The position numbers were made by a program, and so were the translations under genes. A stretch of 64,000 nt of DNA. Origin: Phycisphaerales bacterium. GTDB lineage: Bacteria; Planctomycetota; Phycisphaerae; WQYP01. This document shows positions 52,228 through 61,998 of the stretch, one piece after another; within the stretch, counting starts at the first letter, position 1; every line of letters starts with the position of its first letter. The DNA lies in the NCBI GenBank assembly GCA_027451365.1, contig DAIDJN010000026.1:1-64000 (forward strand). The letters run 5' to 3'. Under the pieces are notes generated by a model. It ran no database searches and was not told the origin of the DNA. It was given only the letters and a program-made list of their open reading frames with translations.

Positions 52228-53523
52228 TCAAACACCCGCATGATAAACCACATGGCCGCCTTTAATTGTATACCGCACCCGGCCACGGAGCGGCCGGCCG
52301 GCAAACGGCGTGTTGTGGCTGCGGCTTTGCGTGTTTTGGGCTGTTAAAGTCCAGATTTCATCCGGATTAAAAACTGTAATATCCGCCACCATTCCGCGCC
52401 CCAAAGTTCCGCGGTCGGTCCGGCGGATGATGCGGGCGGGATTCACCGTCATTTTTTCAATCAGCTTCAGCCAGGAAAGTTTTCCGCTGTGCACCAGCGC
52501 CTCGGCATACAGCGGTAGTGCGGTTTCCAGGCCGGTAATACCGAAGGGGGCTTTATCAAATTCCAGGTCTTTTTCTTCGCGGGCGTGCGGGGCGTGGTCG
52601 GTGGCCAGACAATCTATAGTGCCGTCCACCACGCCTTGAATACATGCGGCCACATCCGCCTGGCCGCGCAGAGGCGGGTTCATTTTAAAGTGCGTGTTAT
52701 AGTCATTGCAGGCCTCATCGGTCAGCAGCAGGTGATGCGGCGCAACTTCCGCGGTGACTGCCTGTCCATTTTGGCGTGCCTGCCGCACAAGGTCTACCGC
52801 ACCGGCGGTGCTGATATGCTGAACATGGTATCGAGCGCCAATGCGTCGGTTAAGTTGCAGATCACGGGCAATCATCAGTTCTTCAGCGACTGCCGGTATT
52901 CCGCCAAGCCCCAGCCGCAACGCGACCGTGCCGGCATTCATGGAACCGCCGCCAAGCGCAGGCTCTTCACAATGCTGACTGATTAAGGCATCAATCATTT
53001 TGACATATTGCAGGGCCTTGGCCATGACCGCCGCGGAAGCCACACCCACACCATCATCACTGAAGCCAACGGCACCGGCTTCGTGCATCAGCATAATTTC
53101 CGCCAGCTCCGCCCCTTGGCGTCCCTTGGTTATCGCCCCGAAAGGAAATACATCACACAAGCCGGCCTTTCCCGCCTGGGTCAGAACAAATTCAATCTGT
53201 GTGTCTGTATCCAGTGCCGGCGTGGTGTTGGGCATGCAGCAGACAGTCGTGAATCCGCCGGCTACCGCGGCGTGCGAACCGGTGGCGATTGTTTCCTTAT
53301 ATTCCTGGCCCGGTTCGCGAAAATGAACGTGAATGTCCAATAGACCGGGCGAAACAAAGCAGCCTGCGGCATCCAACACACGGGCATCGGGCGCGGCCGT
53401 GCGCAAACCAGACCCGGCGGCGGCAATGTGCCCGTCCACAAGCAGCAGGTCCTCCTTGCGTTCCCGCAGGGCAATCGGGTCCAGAAGAGTGCCATTGATA
53501 ATAAGAAGCTGGTCTGGATTCAT
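52228..53523 (-). CDS. pyrC: Dihydroorotase
   Basis: PGLLDIHVHFREPG, GGFTTVCCMPNT, KMNPPLR, ATDHAPH. Confidence 0.95.
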   Translation of the reverse strand: MNPDQLLIINGTLLDPIALRERKEDLLLVDGHIAAAGSGLRTAAPDARVLDAAGCFVSPGLLDIHVHFREPGQEYKETIATGSHAAVAGGFTTVCCMPNTTPALDTDTQIEFVLTQAGKAGLCDVFPFGAITKGRQGAELAEIMLMHEAGAVGFSDDGVGVASAAVMAKALQYVKMIDALISQHCEEPALGGGSMNAGTVALRLGLGGIPAVAEELMIARDLQLNRRIGARYHVQHISTAGAVDLVRQARQNGQAVTAEVAPHHLLLTDEACNDYNTHFKMNPPLRGQADVAACIQGVVDGTIDCLATDHAPHAREEKDLEFDKAPFGITGLETALPLYAEALVHSGKLSWLKLIEKMTVNPARIIRRTDRGTLGRGMVADITVFNPDEIWTLTAQNTQSRSHNTPFAGRPLRGRVRYTIKGGHVVYHAGV

Positions 53524-54119
53524 GGCTAAAAGTATACGAGACCTTGGCCCCAAGGGCGAGTATCGCGGTATGGCGTGGTGTGGCGTCTTTCATATTTGCG
53601 CCGCGGCCGGTAACCAAGGCTTTTGGAATAAGCCCGCCTGTATATGGTCCGCCATAATCGCAAACGCGCTCAAGAGGCGGCGTGGGTCAGTTCACTTAAC
53701 CGAGCTGAACCAGTGGTTGAGTCTGCCAAAATGCCGGAATGTATTCACTTGTTAAACAGCCGGATGCTGTGCTTCGCAGTGTTTCGCCGTTTTTGGTTCG
53801 GGGCGCGGTTCGTCCGGTTTTGGCGAACCGGCGTGTTCGTCCATAACAGTTATAAAGGTGAACGTGGTCAATAAGGGCGGCGGGTAAAAAAAATGACCAC
53901 CCCGGCGATCTTAAACGAACTGGCAATGCATCGCCCGCCTTGAACGAACCGCTTCGCTTGAACATGGGGTGCTGCGCTTCAAGTTTTTCTTCAGTATGGG
54001 CGGCGGGCGACGGTATCGGATGAATGGGCAGCAAAGAAGGTGCATTGACTTGGTAGGCCGCGGATGCCAGTGTATGATTCAAATTACCGAAGCAAGGTCG
54101 GCCTTTCTCAAGGCAGTTT

Positions 54120-55130
54120 ATGGTCGCACTGGATAAACAATTTGACCACCACCACGGCACCAAGCCGCGAAGTTGCGGCCGCTGGCGCAATAAGTCTTGG
54201 CAGGCTGGAAAAACTCCTGGTCGCCGGACCGCAGACAGCTTGTTTGCCCGTCGTGACGATAAATCCATTTCCTCCAATACCTCCTGTGCGAATGAAATAA
54301 TTTATTGCGGCTATCGCTTTGATCCCGAGACGCAGCTTTATTACGTCCGCAATCGGACCTACAACTCCGCACTTGGCCGCTGGATTCAACGTGATCCGAT
54401 TGGGTACAAGGGTGGGATTAATTTGTATGGGGATGTGGAAGGCGGTCCGGCGGGGGCGGCGGATGCAACGGGTTTGCAGGTTTACATCGGCCCGGGATCG
54501 GGCTGGCCGCAAGGGTCGGCATCGGGGGTTGGGGCTTATACCCAAGAACTCCAATGGCAGTATATTCAATGGTGGCAAGAGGGAAATCAACTTTCTTCGG
54601 AAATGATGTCGGGGTTTCTTTCGCAGCAGTTTGCCAAGACCGGCGATAACGCGGGTTTGGCTTTCGAGAAATTCGCTGGCGAACTGAAATCTGATCCACG
54701 CTACCGCGCGGCGGCGCAGACGCATATTCAGCAAATGGCGATTAAATATGGCAAGCCCGGCGTATTCTTATTGTGGCCGAAAATTCCGCCGAAGGGAAAA
54801 TTTTTCCTTTTGAAACTCAAGGCCACCAACGCACAATACGCCTCAAATTATTTCTTTGGCACTCCGTTGCCGCAATTTGCTGGCTCGCTCGGCGTGGCAC
54901 ATATTGGATATCTGGGCGGTGTCATGATTATAAAAGGGTGCCCCGGGCACCTGCACTGGAAGGTTTAGGCTGAAATGATGGAAGGCAACTGGTACCACTA
55001 TATCAGCGACTGGTTTGATAATCAGGAGCCGGTCTATCACGCAGGGTACGTTCTCCAGGGCCAATTTGGTTTCAAGCCCTATTACCATCAAATGTTATGG
55101 TACGATTCGTTCCATGGATCGCTTAAATAG
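54120..55130 (+). pseudogene. Orphan RHS repeat-associated core + variable C-terminus, interrupted by an in-frame TAG at 54966-54968
   Basis: YCGYRFDPETQLYYVRNRTY..LGRWIQRDPIGY.GGINLY..DATGL. The frame stays open for 53 more codons after the TAG. No convincing start codon. Confidence 0.7.
54231..54438 (+). repeat. REP-like hairpin + RHS core segment, copy 1
   Basis: Aligns with 56962-57172 with one 3-nt indel. Begins with the hairpin GCAGACA-GCT-TGTTTGC. Confidence 0.85.
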
Positions 55131-55235
55131 GCGGGCACGTTAGATGGAAGCTGGGCGTTGTCCTGACGGTATTTCGGTTTTGCGCAAGCCACGGGAATCG
55201 CGTCTTGCCAGTCGCAATGTTTCCTTTGGAGGCAC

Positions 55236-55835
55236 GTGGTGAATACGACCGGTCCGGTTAACAGCCAGTCTGGAAAAGGTGAGGGTGTCGCCTCGGCACC
55301 TCGGTTTGGTGCTTCCATTTGGATAGCGTTTATACGAGTATTCAACATGATTCTGTGGGCGGCAATTATCTTTATCCTGATCCTGTCTGCCATGATGTCC
55401 GGGGCTGTTGTCTGGTGCCTCAACAACCGTGCCAAGGAGGTCGAAGTGGTGTCCGGCCAATACAGGGGGCGTATTGTGAAGGCTGAAATCTGTTGCGATG
55501 AAGTGCCCGTGGGCGACTGGGTGCCGCTGTCGGCGGGAACCGTCAGGCGGCTTAACGCGGCCGTTCTAGTGCCCCGCCCCTTGGAAACGACTATTGCGGG
55601 TGGTGAGACGCTTGCGTTGCGACTTGTTTTTGCCGACGGTTATACAGTTGACCTCCCGGCATATTTCGGCTATTCGGCGCTGTGGCTATTTGCAAACAAT
55701 CCGAATGGGGTTTTTACGGCCCCGAGGTGCCGATCCTACGTTTGCGCCGGGCGTATGGAACTGCAACCATTGTCGCCCTCGCAGGCACGCATCGTGCAAA
55801 AAGTTCAGGACGAGACTGTCGGGCCGATATTCTGA
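55236..55835 (+). CDS. Hypothetical membrane-anchored protein (candidate immunity)
   Basis: 199-aa ORF with a long TM segment, directly downstream of the RHS C-terminus. The immunity role is inferred from position only. Confidence 0.5.
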   Translation: MVNTTGPVNSQSGKGEGVASAPRFGASIWIAFIRVFNMILWAAIIFILILSAMMSGAVVWCLNNRAKEVEVVSGQYRGRIVKAEICCDEVPVGDWVPLSAGTVRRLNAAVLVPRPLETTIAGGETLALRLVFADGYTVDLPAYFGYSALWLFANNPNGVFTAPRCRSYVCAGRMELQPLSPSQARIVQKVQDETVGPIF

Positions 55836-55909
55836 TTGATACCGAGCGGTGACACTGCCTGTGGGCTGATCGCCGCAATACTTAAGGCAATGTAAATGCT
55901 GGTTCAAAC

Positions 55910-56605
55910 ATGATCGTTAGCCACTGGGCGTTAATCGGGCGTTCCCTCCGCAGCACGGTGCTCACCGGCTTATTGGCGGCGCTGTTTCTGTTCAACGCAT
56001 ACACCGGCTACACCAAATTCGACATTCGATTGGGCGAATTATTGCTGGCCTTGGCTTGGCCTTGGGTGGCCGCATGGGTGCTTCGCCGCCAGCGGGCCAA
56101 ATTGCGGGTTAGTCTTCGGGCTGCAGTTGTAACATTGGCCGCCTTGAGCTCCATTTTGACCGCTGCTTTGACCGTCGCGGCGCTGGCGGCAAGATGCGTC
56201 GGCAAGGCGGCTGGATCGGGAGCCTCATCCGGGGCAATCTTGCTGCTTGGGAGTGCGGCAGGACTTTGGGTTGTGGGCTTAGGCCGCCGCAAGCCGATCG
56301 CGCCGACCGGCTTGCGTTCTTGGCTCGCCATGGCCGCGATACTCAATGCGGCGCTGATCGCTTTTCGATTGCCGCGGCTTTCCGCGGCATTGCTGGGCTA
56401 TTTCATGTGCAGCGTGGCAATTCTTGCGACCGATCCCGCTGCACAAGTGGCCGTTGGATTGCGGAAGAAAATTCCGCACTGTCGCGTCCCGAGGCGGGTG
56501 CTCACGCTATTGGCCCGTACTTGTCTGCTTGTGGTTTGCCTGATTGCGACGACAGCGATTTTCTTCATTCTCATCAATTTATTGAGTTATGATTATTCGT
56601 TATGA
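55910..56605 (+). CDS. Hypothetical multi-pass membrane protein
   Basis: 231 aa with many hydrophobic helices, inside the RHS island. Confidence 0.55.
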   Translation: MIVSHWALIGRSLRSTVLTGLLAALFLFNAYTGYTKFDIRLGELLLALAWPWVAAWVLRRQRAKLRVSLRAAVVTLAALSSILTAALTVAALAARCVGKAAGSGASSGAILLLGSAAGLWVVGLGRRKPIAPTGLRSWLAMAAILNAALIAFRLPRLSAALLGYFMCSVAILATDPAAQVAVGLRKKIPHCRVPRRVLTLLARTCLLVVCLIATTAIFFILINLLSYDYSL

Positions 56606-56763
56606 AGACCATTGCGGTTCAGGTGCGGCGTACAAAGGCGGAGTGTTCCAGCGAGTGCAAGTCTCGCCCCGGTAAAGGTTGTTGCGACTAGGAAGCTATC
56701 CAAGCGGAGGCGAAAGGAAAATCCATCTTCCGCAGTCGGCTGATTACCCCAGTTTGCCGACTG

Positions 56764-57681
56764 TTGCGCAATCTGGATTTTTTTGGCAACAGGCGACACA
56801 TTTTCGGTACCCGGTCCGAGAAAATATTTACCGCGAATTTGAATAAGGGTATAATCCAAGTTGGAACAGCTCGAAAAGGAATCGCGCGTTTGGTTGCAAC
56901 TGACGAAATGTTTTCGGAATGCTTGCTTGCCAGCCAAAGCCCCCGGCGGCAGAATTGTGGTGCAGACATCCTGTCTGCCCGTCGTCCTCGCGATACATCC
57001 ATTTCCTCCAATACCTCCTGTGCCAATGAAATAATCTATTGCGGCTACCGCTTTGATTCTGAATCGCAGCTTTATTACGTCCGCAATCGGACATACAACC
57101 CCGCCCTTGGCCGTTGGATTGAGCGTGATCCGATCGGGTATGCCGGCGGAATTAATTTGTATGGGTATGTGGGAGGTGGTTCAGCGTGCGAGACGGATCC
57201 GAGCGGCGAGTTGAGCGGTTTCTGGCGCTGGGATTTCTGTTTCGCTGCTTGCATAGACGACAACGACCCAATACATTTCATCCTCGCGCGGATACTGGCC
57301 ACACTGGCGGGCGTTCAGTTGCCGAAATCGTTTGTCGCGAGACTTGCTACTGCGGTGGGTGACGTTAAATTTGCGAATGCTCTGGGGAGGCCGATCGCGG
57401 GTGCATCTAGATTTACGACCATTCCGAGCGTCCTATCTCATCAACTGGAACTCGGAGGCCGCAATGTATTGCGAGCGTTTGGCCGCTTTGCCGCACCTTT
57501 TGACGTGGCGTATGGGCTGCTGCTGGCGCAAGTCGAATCCTGGTGCGGGTATTACTGCTGTTCGCACACTGTGTATAATCCAACCACCGGAAATATTCTA
57601 GTGGATATTCGCAACGAGGGTTCGGCGAATTCCGGCTCAGACTCCGGGAGTGATTACAGTAACATGGTGGTGGTGCCCTAA
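56764..57681 (+). CDS. Orphan RHS repeat-associated core + different C-terminal (putative toxin) domain
   Basis: YCGYRFDSESQLYYVRNRTYNPALGRWIERDPIGYAGGINLYGYV..TDPSG. The 5' part of the ORF is probably not genuine coding sequence. Confidence 0.75.
   Translation: MRNLDFFGNRRHIFGTRSEKIFTANLNKGIIQVGTARKGIARLVATDEMFSECLLASQSPRRQNCGADILSARRPRDTSISSNTSCANEIIYCGYRFDSESQLYYVRNRTYNPALGRWIERDPIGYAGGINLYGYVGGGSACETDPSGELSGFWRWDFCFAACIDDNDPIHFILARILATLAGVQLPKSFVARLATAVGDVKFANALGRPIAGASRFTTIPSVLSHQLELGGRNVLRAFGRFAAPFDVAYGLLLAQVESWCGYYCCSHTVYNPTTGNILVDIRNEGSANSGSDSGSDYSNMVVVP
56962..57172 (+). repeat. REP-like hairpin + RHS core segment, copy 2
   Basis: Perfect hairpin GCAGACA-TCC-TGTCTGC followed by the same RHS core DNA as copy 1. 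Confidence 0.85.
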
Positions 57682-57683
57682 CG

Positions 57684-58079
57684 ATGCAAATTGTGCCGCT
57701 CAACATTGACTTTCCATTGCCCCGTAGCAGCATCGAACTGCCATTTTTCCCGAGTAAACGGCGCAATGTTCGATGGCTGATCCAAAGGCAATTGATCGCC
57801 AGAAATCCGCTGGATGTTGCATTGCGGTGGAGCCGGGCGGGCGAACTGGGCGGTTATCATGCGATTGTTGGCCCAATGGCGGCGGAATGTATGGGCTGGA
57901 AGAACAGTCTTTTCGTGCCGGAAGATCCATTGAAGTTCATCCTTTATGAGAAATATAGCGTCGATACGGAGGCAGTTTCGTTCCTGACCAGAATTTATAA
58001 AATATTTAACGTACCAACCCCCGAAATGTCGGAGCTTTATGGCGAGTTTATCGCCATGCTTCGCCAATGCACCGCTTGA
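57684..58079 (+). CDS. Hypothetical protein (candidate RHS immunity)
   Basis: ATG lies 2 nt after the RHS stop codon. 131 aa. Confidence 0.5.
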   Translation: MQIVPLNIDFPLPRSSIELPFFPSKRRNVRWLIQRQLIARNPLDVALRWSRAGELGGYHAIVGPMAAECMGWKNSLFVPEDPLKFILYEKYSVDTEAVSFLTRIYKIFNVPTPEMSELYGEFIAMLRQCTA

Positions 58080-58436
58080 GGGTGAGAGCTCGCGCCAATG
58101 TTTGAACGCTCGATGTTGAGGATTAGAAAATATCTCAAAACAGTGTATCGATGCTGGCGGCGATACCACAATAATCCGCAGGCCAATTGAATGATGCCAA
58201 GGTAGTAGCATGACTTTTTCGCTTACCTCACCAGAATGCCGCGGCATTTGCTCAGCCAGCCCGGAGTGCGTTCCACCTGACGCATGGACGCAGAAAATGG
58301 TGCCGGCCCAGTGGGCAGATGTTTTCTGGTTCGTAAATCCAGGATATTTATTTTTTGCTCCATTGAGTCACTCCATTAAAAGTTGTGGTTTTCAAGTCAC
58401 TGTCGCGGTGGGCGTCGTGGCTGGTGCGGCGGTCGT

Positions 58437-58821
58437 CGTGGCTGTTTCTTTTCGGGCGAGACGCCCGACCCCCGAGGTGTTTTGACCTGCGGCATGTGTT
58501 TCACTGAATTTAGCTGTTGATTCCATGCCTTCTGACGGGATATTGGCGGCGTATTCTGGTATGAAAGTTTATCCGCCTCCGCTGTGGTCTTTTACAACTA
58601 ACGGCGATCAACGAACAGAAAAATAGAGTTCCCGCCAATTTGCTCATGGAAACAAAATATGTGGAATCTGTGGATTGGTTTATTCCGGTGCGTCTTTGTT
58701 TCGTGGTGATGACCAATGGCTTCCGGTTATGCGATATCCAGCGTCCTGGGCGGTGAACGCGGACCGTGGCTGTTTCTTTTCGGGCGAGACGCCCGACCCC
58801 CAAGGTGTTTTGACCTGCGGC
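58437..58821 (+). repeat. 57-bp direct repeat (58437-58493, 58765-58821) with REP-like hairpin
   Basis: 56/57 identical. Each copy contains TCGGGCG-AGA-CGCCCGA. Confidence 0.9.
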
Positions 58822-59176
58822 CAAAGTGGCTGTCTGCCGCCAGCGTTGCGTTGCTTACATCGCGTGCCAATACTCATATGCCAATGCCCCCAGGTCACCG
58901 GGTATCTGATTTACTTATCCATAAACTTCCGCCTGATAACCGTTCATTGGGATGCGGGGCGAACAAATGGGGGCGATATGCTCTTATATAGAATCGCTAT
59001 GCGATTAACGGGGCCGCAAATCAGGTCATTTGCCGATCGCCAAAAAGTGGCGATACCCTGGCATTTCTGCAATCAGGAATTGATTGTCGGCATCCGATCC
59101 GGCCGTTATAATTTATTTAATAAAGTTTACCAGCCCGCTTGGGGGCTGATTCTGGCGGTTATGAAGGAAGAAACTT

Positions 59177-61006
59177 ATGTTTCGCAATTGTCTTAAGGGC
59201 CTGTTTCTAGTCATGGTGTCTGGTTTGTTTGCCGGGGCAAATGCCGCCGCCGCGCCGGCCTGGCATATGGTAAAAGGCCGCCTCACCACGCCGTGGGATA
59301 AAGATGTCAACCCGGCGCACGACTGGGTGCATTATCCGCGGCCGCAGATGGTGCGCACTCAATGGAAGAACCTGAACGGATTGTGGCATTATTCGATTGT
59401 CGGCAAACATGCAGCCGAGCCGCGCCAATATCAGGGCCGGATTCTTGTGCCGTTTCCGGTGGAGTCCGCACTATCCGGCGTGGCCGAAAACATTGGTGCG
59501 GGCCAACAAATCTGGTATCAACGGACGTTTACGTTGCCGGCCGCGTGGAAACATCAACAGATTCTGCTGCATTTCGGTGCCGCAAACTGGCGGACCCGAG
59601 TGTGGGTGAATGGCCAAAAAGCGGGCAGCCACAAGGGCGGCTATGACGCGTTTACCTTCAATATAACCAAAGACCTTAAATCAAGTGGAACGCAACTCAT
59701 AACGGTAAGCGTGTGGAATCCGGTGGATAAGGGCCGGCAGCCCATCGGCAAACAGCGCCTGCATCCGGGCGGTATTTTCTACACCGCTTGCTCGGGTATC
59801 TGGCAGACGGTTTGGCTGGAACCGGTGCCTGCGGCGTACATCAAGTCCCTGCGAATTGTGCCACATGTGGATCAGGGCAATGTGACAGTCACCGTTCATG
59901 CCGCTGGTGGCACCGCGACGGTTGTGGTACTAAACGGCGCGCAACCGGTGGGTCACGTGACCGGCAAAGCAGGCCGGCCGCTTGTGGTGCCGATTCCTCG
60001 TGCCAAATTATGGTGGCCCAACCGGCCTTTTTTATACAATCTGGACGTAACCCTTAAATCCGATGGCAGAACAGATGAGGTACAAAGTTACTTTGGAATG
60101 CGCAAGATTTCGATCGGTCCGGACCGCCGCGGCGTGCTGCGCATATTGCTGAATAATAAGTTCGTTTTTGAGCGCGGCCTGCTGGACCAAGGCTACTGGC
60201 CGGATGGAATATATCTGGCACCGACGGACAAGGCGCTGCGTTTTGATATTCAGGAAAGCAAGGCGCTCGGCTTTAACATGTGCCGCAAACACCAGAAGGT
60301 GGAACCGGCACGCTGGTATTACTGGTGCGACAGGCTTGGTTTTCTGGTATGGCAGGACATGCCTGCGGCCTTTTACTCTAAAAAAGGACCATCAACCAAA
60401 GTTGAAACGCAATACCGTCATGAATTAACCCGCATGATCCAGCAGCACGAAAATGACACCTGTATCATTGGATGGACGCCCTTTAATGAAGGGTGGGGGC
60501 AGTATGACACCCATGCCATCGTGGCCTTGATTCATCAACTGGATCCTTCCCGGCTGATTGATGATGCCAGCGGCTGGGTGGACAAAGGCGCAGGCGACAT
60601 TCGCGATACCCACCACTATCCAACGCCTTGGTGCCGCCTGCCGGGAAAACACCGCGCTTCGATTGATGGCGAATTTGGCGGATTGGGCCTGGCGGTTCGC
60701 GGCCATTTATGGCAGAAGAAATTTTTTCAATACCAAGGTTTCAAAACGCCTCAGGCGGAACTGATTCGATTCAGGCAGCTTTGGCGCGAAGTCTGGGGCA
60801 TGGAAAAGGATCCGGGGGTCATTACAGCCACGCCGGGCGTTGCGAAAACACCCTGGTGGGCCAAAGGGCGCGGAATGTCCGGCGCGGTGTATACGCAAAC
60901 TACAGATTGCGAAGGAGAAATTAACGGCATGATGACCTATGACCGCCGCGTTATAAAAATGCCGGTAAAAGCGGTAAACGCCGCTGTCAGAAACGTGAAG
61001 AAATAG
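59177..61006 (+). CDS. Exported glycoside hydrolase family 2
   Basis: Signal peptide, YPRPQMVR, ILVPFPVESALSG, SGIWQTVWLE, GLLDQGYWPDG, FNEGWGQ, GEFGG, VYTQTTD. Confidence 0.9.
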   Translation: MFRNCLKGLFLVMVSGLFAGANAAAAPAWHMVKGRLTTPWDKDVNPAHDWVHYPRPQMVRTQWKNLNGLWHYSIVGKHAAEPRQYQGRILVPFPVESALSGVAENIGAGQQIWYQRTFTLPAAWKHQQILLHFGAANWRTRVWVNGQKAGSHKGGYDAFTFNITKDLKSSGTQLITVSVWNPVDKGRQPIGKQRLHPGGIFYTACSGIWQTVWLEPVPAAYIKSLRIVPHVDQGNVTVTVHAAGGTATVVVLNGAQPVGHVTGKAGRPLVVPIPRAKLWWPNRPFLYNLDVTLKSDGRTDEVQSYFGMRKISIGPDRRGVLRILLNNKFVFERGLLDQGYWPDGIYLAPTDKALRFDIQESKALGFNMCRKHQKVEPARWYYWCDRLGFLVWQDMPAAFYSKKGPSTKVETQYRHELTRMIQQHENDTCIIGWTPFNEGWGQYDTHAIVALIHQLDPSRLIDDASGWVDKGAGDIRDTHHYPTPWCRLPGKHRASIDGEFGGLGLAVRGHLWQKKFFQYQGFKTPQAELIRFRQLWREVWGMEKDPGVITATPGVAKTPWWAKGRGMSGAVYTQTTDCEGEINGMMTYDRRVIKMPVKAVNAAVRNVKK

Positions 61007-61179
61007 GCCGCGGGGCAAATGTCCGTATAAAAACTCCCGCCGGAAAAAGGGGTATCCTGTCCGCTGACAAAGTGAAGCCGCGGCAGACTGAGAATTCAAC
61101 TTCCCCGCGGTTCACAGCGCACTATAATTCGGATGCGTTGCGCATGTTGATTTTGCGCGGCATTGGGAAATAGTTGCTG

Positions 61180-61998
61180 ATGAAGCCGCTTCATATAGAC
61201 CACGCCACACTTGAACTGCCCCGCCTTCCCGCGGCGTTTGAGGCGATGCGCGTATTGCATTTGTCTGACCTGCATCTGACCCACTGGATTCCCCGCATGG
61301 AAAAAACGCGCAAAGCGCTAAGCGAACTGCGGCCGGACCTGGCGGTCATTACCGGCGACCTGGGGCACCGGAGCTGGCGATGGAGGCAGTCTTTGCCGGC
61401 TGTTTTGCGGCTTTTAGAACCGATTCATGCACCGCTGGGCACCTATTTTATTTTGGGTAATCATGATTCACCGCAGCTTGGCGCTGAACTTAGCCGCCAC
61501 GGAATGCGGATGTTGACCAATGAATCGGTAGTGCTGACGCGGCGCGGACAGCGCGTGGCGCTGATTGGGCTGGCCCAACACAAGCGGATTGATACCGATA
61601 TTCCCGCAGCCCTGACCCATACGCGAACGAATGATTTCAAGCTGATGCTGATGCACTATCCGGACCTGATTTTTGCCGCCGGGGCGGCGGGTGCCGATGT
61701 CTGCCTTGCGGGCCATACCCATGGCGGGCAAATATGTTATCCGGATGGCAGCCCGATTATGGGGCACGATGCACTTTCGCCGCAACAGTGCAGTGGCGTT
61801 CATAAAATCAATGGGACATGGCTTGTGGTGAATCGGGGTGTGGGCAAGGCGGGGGTGCGGCTGCGGTTGTTTTGCCCGCCACACGCGATTCTTTTGACGT
61901 TTACCCGCGGTTGGCGGAGTGCGGAACGCTCCGAAATATCTGAAGATACGAAGACAGATTCCGCGACACGGCAAGTCAGTGCAGCAGCACCGCGCTGA
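61180..61998 (+). CDS. Calcineurin-like metallophosphoesterase
   Basis: HLSDLH, ITGD, LGNHD, LAGHTHGGQ. Confidence 0.9.
   Translation: MKPLHIDHATLELPRLPAAFEAMRVLHLSDLHLTHWIPRMEKTRKALSELRPDLAVITGDLGHRSWRWRQSLPAVLRLLEPIHAPLGTYFILGNHDSPQLGAELSRHGMRMLTNESVVLTRRGQRVALIGLAQHKRIDTDIPAALTHTRTNDFKLMLMHYPDLIFAAGAAGADVCLAGHTHGGQICYPDGSPIMGHDALSPQQCSGVHKINGTWLVVNRGVGKAGVRLRLFCPPHAILLTFTRGWRSAERSEISEDTKTDSATRQVSAAAPR

Noticed and set aside
53837..53864. dif-like site near the left edge of the RHS island
   Set aside because: Both arms match the consensus only weakly; the ATAAC-A-GTTAT palindrome could be chance or an operator.
55120..55146. Integron attC site (GTTAGAT core)
   Set aside because: No complementary RYYYAAC inverse core upstream and no integrase in the window.
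58437..58821. CRISPR array
   Set aside because: Only two repeats, 57 bp long with a 271-bp spacer, and no cas genes.
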